The position numbers were made by a program, and so were the translations under genes. This document shows, one piece after another, positions 1-7,195 of a stretch of DNA of 17,217 nt. This DNA is from Candidatus Hadarchaeota archaeon (GTDB lineage Archaea; Hadarchaeota; Hadarchaeia; Hadarchaeales; JAWBSP01): positions 1 through 17,217 of the forward strand of contig CAYYWO010000014.1 of NCBI GenBank assembly GCA_964474885.1. Reading direction: 5' to 3'. Within the stretch, counting starts at the first letter, position 1; every line of letters begins with the position of its first letter. The notes under the pieces are model-generated. The model had not been told where the DNA came from. It did no database searches and was given only the letters and a program-made list of their open reading frames with translations.

Positions 1-18
1 CTTCACTGAACCTCGTCT

Positions 19-37
19 AAAGAAAAAGAGAGGGAAA
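19..37 (-). terminator. Putative archaeal oligo-U/pyrimidine terminator downstream of tRNA-Leu
   Basis: Minus strand reads TTTCCCTCTCTTTTTCTTT about 20 nt after the tRNA 3' end. U-rich tracts are established archaeal termination signals. Confidence 0.45.
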
Positions 38-57
38 CCAGTCATAGTGTGTCAAGG

Positions 58-143
<86 letters not shown>

Positions 144-173
144 CCTAATACTTTTCGTCTACAAAGAGTTTAG

Positions 174-1367
174 ATGCAAATCCTCTTCGCCCTTCTGCAG
201 AACGGGGGGTGGGTGGAGAACGTGCTCATGTGGCTACTGATCATCTTCTTGCTGAGCATCCTCTCGATAGTCTTCTCTCCGCAGCTGATGGCCCTGCAGG
301 CCAGGCTGGGGATAAGGGAGGCAGCCGGCGTCCTCAAGAACCTCCGGGAGTGGGCGGAGGAGAGCAGGCGGACCTGCATCAGGGCCATCTCGAGGTTCGG
401 GAAGCCCAAGCACGACCTGGAGAGGCAGCTGGATAACATGCTGGAGTTCTTCACCATAGAGCCCGTGTCGGAGGACCCAGTGGGCGTGCTGAGGAGGCTG
501 GACCACCTACTGGATGTGCGGAAGAAGAGGTTCGAGGGCATGATCTCCTCTCTAACCCCGGAAGCAGACTCAGAGAGCCGAGCCTCCTTGGAGATGGTGC
601 TGGAGGCAGCCATCGCCAGCAACTTCCTCTTCAGGCTCGTCAGGCACTACCTGCTCCTAGCAGAGAAGACCAAGAGCTACCAGCTGGCCATGCTCATTCA
701 GATGCAGGCACCACTTCTAAGGGAGTTCGGGAAGGCTTACTGCCAGGCGACCAAGGTGTTCGCGGAGAACAAGCCGATCGGGGATGGCATAGGTCCCCTC
801 GTAGCCGCCAGACTCGGTGAGGGGGAGAAGTGGAGGGAGGGCATCCAAGACATGGTTTACACCGTCAGGGAATTCGAGGGGAGGAAGCTCATAATAACCA
901 AGGCGAGGGGGCCGGGGGGCAGAGTGGGTAAGCCTGGAGAGATGGTGGAGTGGCTGGTCAGGCGCTACAGGCCCGCCAGGATCATGATGGTGGACGCCGC
1001 GCTGAAGCTGGAGGGTGAGCGAAGCGGGCAGGTGATAGAGGGCGTGGGTGCGGCGATAGGTGGCCCCCCCACCGAGAAGTACAAGATAGAGCAGGTAGCA
1101 GTCAAGTACAGGATACCCCTGGACGCCTTCGTGATAAAGGAGTCCTTCAGGGAGGCCGTCACCGAGATGAACTCCAGGATAGCCGCAGCCTGCGACCGGA
1201 CCATAGAGATGATAAAGGAGGCCATCAGGAGCAGGACCAAAATAGGGGACAGGGTTGTGATCGTGGGGGTGGGCAACACCATCGGGATAGGTCAGGAGAA
1301 GTTCCCAAGCCAGTTCCCCCCTCCCGTGGAGGAGAAGGGAGCCATAGAGTCGGGGAGGATCTTCTGA
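174..1367 (+). CDS. DUF1512 family archaeal membrane-anchored protein
   Basis: 397-aa ORF with an N-terminal hydrophobic helix and motifs FFTIEPV-DPVG, PIGDGIGPLVA, MVDAALKLEGE-SG-V-EGVGAAIGG and GVGNTIGIGQ, recognised as DUF1512. The start could be slightly downstream. Confidence 0.8.
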   Translation: MQILFALLQNGGWVENVLMWLLIIFLLSILSIVFSPQLMALQARLGIREAAGVLKNLREWAEESRRTCIRAISRFGKPKHDLERQLDNMLEFFTIEPVSEDPVGVLRRLDHLLDVRKKRFEGMISSLTPEADSESRASLEMVLEAAIASNFLFRLVRHYLLLAEKTKSYQLAMLIQMQAPLLREFGKAYCQATKVFAENKPIGDGIGPLVAARLGEGEKWREGIQDMVYTVREFEGRKLIITKARGPGGRVGKPGEMVEWLVRRYRPARIMMVDAALKLEGERSGQVIEGVGAAIGGPPTEKYKIEQVAVKYRIPLDAFVIKESFREAVTEMNSRIAAACDRTIEMIKEAIRSRTKIGDRVVIVGVGNTIGIGQEKFPSQFPPPVEEKGAIESGRIF

Positions 1368-1402
1368 GCTATATTTAGTCGGGGAGGGCGAAACAATAGA
1401 AA

Positions 1403-3592
1403 ATGAGGCGCTACAAGCACGTTTCGGAGGTCCTGAAGCTCATGAATGACCCAGCTCACATCAGGAACATCGGGATAGTCGCCCACGTGGACCACGGAAA
1501 GACCACCCTGACGGACTCGCTGGTGGCAGCCTCAGGCATCATAAGCTTCGAGCTGGCGGGAGAGCAGCTCTTCACGGACTACGAGGAGGTCGAGCAGCAG
1601 AGGGGCATAACCATCCAGACGGCTGCGGTGAGCCTGGTGCACAGCTACGGAGGGTCGGAGTACCTCATAAACCTCCTTGACACACCGGGGCACGTGGACT
1701 TCTCGGGGGACGTGACGAGGGCCCTGAGAGCCATCGATGGCGTGGTGGTGGTGGTGGACGCGGTGGAGGGCGTCATGCCCCAGACGGAGACCGTGCTCAG
1801 GCAGGCGCTCGAGGAGCGGACCAAGCCCGTCCTCTACATAAACAAGGTGGACAGGCTGATAACCGAGCTCAAGCTGAGCCCCGAGCAGATGCAGCAGAGG
1901 TTAGCCAGGATCATAACCAAGTTCAACGAGCTCATCGAGAAGTTCGGCCCCAGGGACATGGCAGAGCAGTGGAGGGTGAGCGTGGAGAAGGGCTCGGTAG
2001 CCTTCGGGTCCGCGAAGCAGAGATGGGGCATTTCCATCCCTCAGATGAAAAAGAAGGGAATAACCTTCAAGCAGATCATCGAACTCGTTGGGCAGGGGAA
2101 GGAGCGAGAACTCGCCGAGCGGAGTCCAGTCTATGAGGTGATCCTGGACATGGTGGTGAACCACCTGCCCAACCCCGTCCAGGCCCAGCGGGTCAGGCTC
2201 CCGCACATCTGGAAAGGTGACATAAGCAGCGAGCTGGGCCAGCACATGCTGAACTGCGACCCGAACGGGAAGCTCTGTATGGTGATCACGGACATCATGG
2301 TGGAGAAGGAGGCGGGGGTGGTAGCCACTGGGCGAGTCTTCTCGGGGTGCGTGGAGAAGGGGAAGGAAGTCAGGCTTCTGGGATCGAAGACAAACGCCCG
2401 GATCCAGCAGGTGTGCATGTACATGGGGCCCGACAGGGTGGTCGTGGACCGGGTCCCAGCCGGCAATATAGCAGCTCTCATCGGGGTGAAGGACGCAAGG
2501 GTCGGGGAAACCATAGTAGAGGCCGGGGCGGAGGGCTTCCCCTTCGAGGAACTCAGGTACATAAGCGAGCCCGTGGTCACGGTCGCCGTAGAACCGAAGA
2601 ACTTCCAGGACCTGCCCAAGCTCATCGATCACTTGAAGAGGCTGGCCAGGGAGGATCCGAACCTGCAGGTGAAGATCAACGAGGAAACGGGGGAGTACCT
2701 CATTTCAGGCATGGGAGAGGTGCACCTGGAGATCGTCCAGTACAAGCTCTCCAAGGCGGGGCTGGAGGCCAAGTTCTCGGAACCCCTAGTGGTCTACCGG
2801 GAGAGTCCCACCAGGCCGGCAGGGCCGGTTGAGGGGAAGTCCCCCAACAAGCACAACCGCTTCCTCATCTCGGTCGAGCCCCTGGAGCCCCAGGTCCTCA
2901 AGGCCATCGAGGAGAAGAGGGTGACCATGCAACAGGACAAGAAGGAAAGGGCGAGGATCCTGAGGGAGCTGGGCTGGGATGCGGATGCCGCCAAGAACGT
3001 GCTGGCGATCGTGGGCACGAACGTCATCGTGGACGTGACCAAGGGCACCCAGTACATGAGGGAGGTGGAGGACTACATCATAGAGGCCTTCAGGCAGGTC
3101 ATGGAGGAGGGCCCCATCATGAAGGAGCCTGTGAGAGGAGCGAAGGTTCTGATCAACTTCGCCATGCTCCACGAGGACTCCGTCCACAGGGGCCCCGCGC
3201 AGATCATCCCGGCCGTGCGCAGGCCCATCCAGGCATGCCTGCTCATGAGCAATCCGATAGTCATGGAGCCCCTCTTCAGGCTGGAGGTCAGGGTACCGCA
3301 GGAGTTCATGGGGGGGGCCCTGAGGGTCATCCAGAGCAGGAGGGGGAAGATAACCAACATGGAGACGGAGGGGGATCTGGCCATCATCAGCGCCCTGCTG
3401 CCCGTAGCCTGCTCCTTCGGTCTGGCGACGGACATGAGATCCGAAACCCAAGGGAGGGCGATCTGGTCCACACAGTTTGAGAAGTTTGAGAAGCTCCCGT
3501 CGGAGCTCGAGCCTCAGGTCATCACGGAGGTCAGGAAGCGGAAGGGGCTGCCTCTGGAGGTACCCAAGCCCGAGGAGTTCATGGAGAGGTAG
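1403..3592 (+). CDS. fusA: Archaeal translation elongation factor 2 (aEF-2)
   Basis: 729 aa. G1 AHVDHGKTT, RGITI, G3 DTPGHVDF, G4 NKVD, GMGEVHLE, EGKSPNKHN and diphthamide loop LHEDSVHRGPAQIIPA. Confidence 0.98.
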   Translation: MRRYKHVSEVLKLMNDPAHIRNIGIVAHVDHGKTTLTDSLVAASGIISFELAGEQLFTDYEEVEQQRGITIQTAAVSLVHSYGGSEYLINLLDTPGHVDFSGDVTRALRAIDGVVVVVDAVEGVMPQTETVLRQALEERTKPVLYINKVDRLITELKLSPEQMQQRLARIITKFNELIEKFGPRDMAEQWRVSVEKGSVAFGSAKQRWGISIPQMKKKGITFKQIIELVGQGKERELAERSPVYEVILDMVVNHLPNPVQAQRVRLPHIWKGDISSELGQHMLNCDPNGKLCMVITDIMVEKEAGVVATGRVFSGCVEKGKEVRLLGSKTNARIQQVCMYMGPDRVVVDRVPAGNIAALIGVKDARVGETIVEAGAEGFPFEELRYISEPVVTVAVEPKNFQDLPKLIDHLKRLAREDPNLQVKINEETGEYLISGMGEVHLEIVQYKLSKAGLEAKFSEPLVVYRESPTRPAGPVEGKSPNKHNRFLISVEPLEPQVLKAIEEKRVTMQQDKKERARILRELGWDADAAKNVLAIVGTNVIVDVTKGTQYMREVEDYIIEAFRQVMEEGPIMKEPVRGAKVLINFAMLHEDSVHRGPAQIIPAVRRPIQACLLMSNPIVMEPLFRLEVRVPQEFMGGALRVIQSRRGKITNMETEGDLAIISALLPVACSFGLATDMRSETQGRAIWSTQFEKFEKLPSELEPQVITEVRKRKGLPLEVPKPEEFMER

Positions 3593-4404
3593 TTCGAGAA
3601 CTCTACTATCTCCTCCGGCGTCAGATCCATGACCTTCTTCTGAAGAAACCTCCCAGGTAGAGCATCGATCATCCGTCTCCGCTCGCCCTTGTCCCTGCCT
3701 GAGAGGAAGCTAGGAGAGTGCAGCAGAGCATTCCTCACCTTCTGCCTGCGGTGCTGGAAGAGAGCTGCTACGAGCCGGCTGAAGGTGCCCCAGTCCTTGG
3801 GTTGCACAGGCGGCGGACGGGGCCTCAGCCTGACTAGGCAGGCCCAGACCTTGGGCCTGGGATAGAAGCTGTCCGGTGGGATGTCCTCCAGCACCTCCAC
3901 CTCTGCCCTCGCCCAGACCATGACGGTCAGCCTGCCATAGGCCTCCGTCCCCGCCCTAGCCACGAGCCTTTCCGCGAACTCCTTCTGGTAGGTGAGCACC
4001 CCTAGCTCGAAATCCTCCTCCAGCAGCCTGAAGGTGGCTTGGGAGGAGATTCCGAAGGGGAGGTTGGATACCACCTTGTTGAACTGAGGCAACCGGACTT
4101 CCAAAAAGTCTGCCTGCAGAATCTCCACGTTATCCAGTCCGGACAGCTCCTGTCTGAGGATCTCGCACAGCCTGGCGTCCGCCTCTACCGCCCAAACTTT
4201 TGCAACTCCCGATTGGGCTATGAGCTTTGTGAGGTTCCCGACCCCGGCCCCTATCTCCAGAACCCTATCCCCGGGACCGAGCTTGGCGTGCTCGATCATC
4301 CTCCTCAGAACTGAGACATCCACCATCAGGTGCTGACCCAGCCTCTTGCTCAGCCTCACGCCTCTCTTGCGCAGGATCGCTATAAGGTCACCGGAACTCA
4401 ACAT
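3514..4404 (-). CDS. rsmA: 16S rRNA (adenine-N6,N6)-dimethyltransferase RsmA/KsgA/Dim1
   Basis: LGQHLMVD, VLEIGAGVGNLT, VVSNLPFGIS, QKEFAERL, YGRLTV, FYPRPKV, FQHRRQKVRNAL. Start moved from the ORF-track 4482 to ATG 4404 (MLSSGDL...) because the upstream part lies in AT-rich spacer. Confidence 0.95.
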   Translation of the reverse strand: MLSSGDLIAILRKRGVRLSKRLGQHLMVDVSVLRRMIEHAKLGPGDRVLEIGAGVGNLTKLIAQSGVAKVWAVEADARLCEILRQELSGLDNVEILQADFLEVRLPQFNKVVSNLPFGISSQATFRLLEEDFELGVLTYQKEFAERLVARAGTEAYGRLTVMVWARAEVEVLEDIPPDSFYPRPKVWACLVRLRPRPPPVQPKDWGTFSRLVAALFQHRRQKVRNALLHSPSFLSGRDKGERRRMIDALPGRFLQKKVMDLTPEEIVEFSNYLSMNSSGLGTSRGSPFRFLTSVMT

Positions 4405-4526
4405 ATCTTTATTGGAGGCATGCACTTTCATCAGACAGTAAAATTGTCTGTTTAATGGTGGACAGACGGGATGTTCTCTCAAACTACATGGAAAGAGTTT
4501 TGTCGGTTACTATGGTAACTGGCACG

Positions 4527-4643
4527 AACTGTTTATCTGTTATCAACAGTTGGCACAAACTGTTTATGTGTTACAAACACTTCACGCGAAGTGTTTATCT
4601 GTTATAAACGCTCTGCCGAACTGTTTATTCGTTATCTACACTT
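4527..4643. repeat. Four phased 25-bp imperfect palindromic repeats (period 31/31/30 bp)
   Basis: Units 4527 AACTGTTTATCTGTTATCAACAGTT, 4558 AACTGTTTATGTGTTACAAACACTT, 4589 AAGTGTTTATCTGTTATAAACGCTC, 4619 AACTGTTTATTCGTTATCTACACTT, with GC-rich linkers GGCACA, CACGCG, TGCCG. Confidence 0.9.
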
Positions 4644-4715
4644 GCGGTAGTTAAATTCTTTCTGTGAAGTTGTGAGTTTAGGTGCCGGCTATTTTGTCGT
4701 TATTCGAGTTTGGTG

Positions 4716-5342
4716 ATGTCGGAGGCCCGGAAGGCGGCAAAGGAGCTCATCGAGTTCCTGAAGCGGAGGTACAGGAAGGAGCTCGTGGAGAGGAGCGAGC
4801 CCTTCCGGGTCCTCATCTCCTGCATTCTCTCCCAGCGGACTAGGGAGGAGAACACGGAGACGGCGAGTCGGGCGCTCTTCTCCGTCGCCTCCGGACCCGA
4901 GGAGATATTGCGGATCCCGGAAGCCAGGCTCAGAGAACTCATCAAGCCTGCAGGCTTCCCCAGACAGAAGGCGCGGAGGATAAGGGAGGTGTGTAGGATC
5001 CTGCTGGAGAAATACGGGGGGAGGGTGCCGCGAAGCAGAGATGAACTCCTCAAGCTACCCGGTGTTGGCTACAAGACGGCGGACGTGACGCTCTGCTACG
5101 GTTTCGGCGTGCCCTGCATACCAGTGGACACGCACGTTAACAGGATCAGCAAGAGGCTCGGGCTCGTCCACCCGCGCGCCGATGCAGAGGAAGTCCAGCG
5201 GACTCTCAGGGACATCTTTCCCAAGAGAGAGTGGCGCCTGCTAAATCGCGGACTTGTGCTCTTCGGCAGGGAGATCTGCCTACCCAGAAACCCAAGGTGC
5301 GAGCTCTGCCCCATAAAGAGTTGCAAGTCAAGAAGGAAATGA
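4716..5342 (+). CDS. nth: Endonuclease III (HhH-GPD DNA glycosylase/AP lyase, 4Fe-4S)
   Basis: PFRVLISCILSQRT, HhH LLKLPGVGYKTAD with catalytic Lys, IPVDTHVNRISKRLG, and a C-terminal C-x6-C-x2-C-x4-C. Alternative starts are TTG 4710 and GTG 4713. Confidence 0.95.
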   Translation: MSEARKAAKELIEFLKRRYRKELVERSEPFRVLISCILSQRTREENTETASRALFSVASGPEEILRIPEARLRELIKPAGFPRQKARRIREVCRILLEKYGGRVPRSRDELLKLPGVGYKTADVTLCYGFGVPCIPVDTHVNRISKRLGLVHPRADAEEVQRTLRDIFPKREWRLLNRGLVLFGREICLPRNPRCELCPIKSCKSRRK

Positions 5343-5677
5343 ACCCTTGGATCCTCCTCCTCATTCTGGGGATACCATCCTTCGGTCTGGAGATCCTTTT
5401 CTTCTCCCTGAGAGGGAAGGTCATCCTCATGTACAGGAGGGAGCGGAGGAGGTTCATGTACCTGCTCATCTCCCTGGGAAGTGCCTGCGTCCTCCCTTCC
5501 ACTCTCCTGCTCCATTCTGGGTTTGGCCTATGTGAGTCCATGGGGGTTCTCGTTCTGGCGCTCCTCTCGCTCTCGGGTCTAACCAAAGCTTTGGTTAAAG
5601 TGAGAAGACCCCCTCCGCCCGAGCTCCCGAGGGAGGAAGAGCTGGAGGAGGCGCTAAGGCGAACCCTAAAGAGGTAG
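5339..5677 (+). CDS. Hypothetical small membrane protein (112 aa, ~3 TM helices)
   Basis: ATG 5339 overlaps the nth TGA (ATGA coupling). MNPWILLLILGIPSFGLEILFF... has three hydrophobic segments and a PPPPELPREEELEEALRR tail. Confidence 0.65.
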   Translation: MNPWILLLILGIPSFGLEILFFSLRGKVILMYRRERRRFMYLLISLGSACVLPSTLLLHSGFGLCESMGVLVLALLSLSGLTKALVKVRRPPPPELPREEELEEALRRTLKR

Positions 5678-6217
5678 CCTACGCTTGATTTCCGTTACCA
5701 GGGGCTCGAACTGGGGGAAGAGCTCTAGATAGGGATCCAGATCCTTGAAGACATTCTCACAAAGTTGCTTGAGGCCCGGGGATCTGTTCCCCCGCTCGGC
5801 CTGGACGATCGCCTCAACGAGGATGCTCAGGTAGTCACAGAAATGAACCAGTTTGGCCTCCAGGGAGTTATTGTCCCTGTACTCACGCCAGAGCTCGATC
5901 AGGTCGCGCTCCTTCTCGAGCAAGCTTTGGATCGCCCTGTCCTCCATCCGGTTCTTGACCTCTTTCCCACCCAGAAAGGGGAGGGCAGTGTAACAGAAGT
6001 CCCCCACCACTGCCTCGGGCCAGTCGTGCACCAGCGCCAGCTTCAGCAGCTTTTCCCGGTTTACATCAAGTCCTCTGGACAGGAGCAGGGCCATTGCCGT
6101 CACCTCGAAAATATGCTGAGCAACATCCTCTGTTTCCCCGGGACCCATGGAGCAGAAGAACCATCCAGTGCGTGGTATCCTCTTCAGGTTGTTTATTTTC
6201 AGGAGCAACTCGAGCAT
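5666..6217 (-). CDS. HD-domain hydrolase, YfbR/HDDC2-like 5'-deoxynucleotidase
   Basis: LKRIPRTGW, EDVAQH, LALVHDWPEAVVGD, LWREY...SLEAKLVHFCD. Confidence 0.88.
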   Translation of the reverse strand: MLELLLKINNLKRIPRTGWFFCSMGPGETEDVAQHIFEVTAMALLLSRGLDVNREKLLKLALVHDWPEAVVGDFCYTALPFLGGKEVKNRMEDRAIQSLLEKERDLIELWREYRDNNSLEAKLVHFCDYLSILVEAIVQAERGNRSPGLKQLCENVFKDLDPYLELFPQFEPLVTEIKRRLPL

Positions 6218-6253
6218 TATATTTTTTCCAGAGTTTTGAAAAAGGCGTCCATG

Positions 6254-6262
6254 TTTTATAAA
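6254..6262 (+). promoter_or_regulatory. TATA box (TTTTATAAA) in the divergent HD / EF-Tu-like spacer
   Basis: Canonical archaeal TATA. TTTATA begins 25 nt before ATG 6280, consistent with a leaderless transcript. Confidence 0.6.
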
Positions 6263-6279
6263 GACGATCGAAGCCTTTG

Positions 6280-6555
6280 ATGGCCGAGAAAAAACTCGTG
6301 GGGAGGGTGACTCATTACTTTACGAAAATCGGTGTTGCGGTAGTGGAACTTGTCGATGAGCTGAAACTCGGGGACACCATCTCGATAGAGGGAACCACCA
6401 CCAACTTCACCCAGAAGGTGGAGTCCATGCAGATAGAACACAAGCCCATCGAGAGCGCTAAGAGCGGGGACGTGATAGGGCTCAAGGTGAAGGACAGGGT
6501 GAGGGAAAAGGACTTAGTGTTCAAGCTGGTCGAGCCTGCTGGAGCAGCTTCCTGA
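6280..6555 (+). CDS. Small stand-alone EF-Tu domain II-like beta-barrel ('translation elongation factor-like' / U32 C-terminal-like protein)
   Basis: VGRVTHYFTKIGVAVVEL...LKLGDTISIEG..TNFTQKVESMQIEHKPIESAKSGDVIGLKVKDRVREKDLVF is typical of this family. Confidence 0.82.
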   Translation: MAEKKLVGRVTHYFTKIGVAVVELVDELKLGDTISIEGTTTNFTQKVESMQIEHKPIESAKSGDVIGLKVKDRVREKDLVFKLVEPAGAAS

Positions 6556-6739
6556 GCTCGTTCAGGAAAATCCTCACGTCCGTCCGCCTCACCGCATCCA
6601 GCTTTTCCGCCTCCTCCTGAAGCCTCTTCACCGCGCGCTGGACATCCCCCCCAAGCCTCTCCAGCCTCTCCTCTAGCTCCCTGGGGTAAACCAGGTAGGG
6701 GCGGACGGACTCGTAAGCCCTCTTCAGCTCCTCCCTCAT
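6521..6739 (-). CDS. Hypothetical 72-aa helical protein
   Basis: ATG directly follows the Lrp TAA. E/R/L-rich helical composition and codon style match neighbouring genes. Confidence 0.65.
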   Translation of the reverse strand: MREELKRAYESVRPYLVYPRELEERLERLGGDVQRAVKRLQEEAEKLDAVRRTDVRIFLNELRKLLQQARPA

Positions 6740-7195
6740 TTAAAATTCCAGCGGTACCTCCTTCCAGGTTTTCGTGACCTCTACCACCTCGATCTTGGCC
6801 TCCGGGAAGTAAGCCGAGAGCTTGCCCTTCAAATGGCTGAGAGACTCCTTGTCTCTCGCTCTCACCTTCAGCAGCAGACCATGGCTTCCCGAAACCTCGT
6901 GGATCTCACAGACCTCCTTCCACTGCTTGATCCTCTCCCTTATCTGCTTCTCCTCGCTAGTCTTGGCGCTTATCATGAGGAAGGCCAGGATGGGCCTGTT
7001 CAGGTACTTCGGATCGACAAGGATGGTGTACCTCCGGATTATCTCGTTCAGCTTCCTCATTCTCCGCTTGACAGTTGCGATGCTCACCCCTGCGATCCGC
7101 GCGAGCTCCTTCAGGGGGGCCCTGGAGTTCTCCATCAGGTGCCTCAGAATCACCCTGTCCTTGGTGTCCAGTTTTATCTCGCCCCCCCTCGGCAT
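6740..7195 (-). CDS. Lrp/AsnC family transcriptional regulator
   Basis: LDTKDRVILRHLMENSRAPLKELARIAGVSIATVKRRMRKL HTH, then a RAM domain EVCEIHEVSGSHGLLLKV. ATG 7195 preferred to the ORF-track start 7204. Confidence 0.92.
   Translation of the reverse strand: MPRGGEIKLDTKDRVILRHLMENSRAPLKELARIAGVSIATVKRRMRKLNEIIRRYTILVDPKYLNRPILAFLMISAKTSEEKQIRERIKQWKEVCEIHEVSGSHGLLLKVRARDKESLSHLKGKLSAYFPEAKIEVVEVTKTWKEVPLEF

Noticed and set aside
4405-4482. Extended N-termini from the ORF track (rsmA 4482; likewise 5231, 7204, 8741)
   Set aside because: The extensions are non-homologous, and downstream ATGs fit family starts, coupling or TATA spacing better.
4521-4643. CRISPR array, ORB origin or dif site interpretation of the repeats
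   Set aside because: Linkers are only 5-6 bp, units are degenerate, and no cas genes are present. There is no TTCCAnTGGAAA/G-string, and dif is a single 11-6-11 site.
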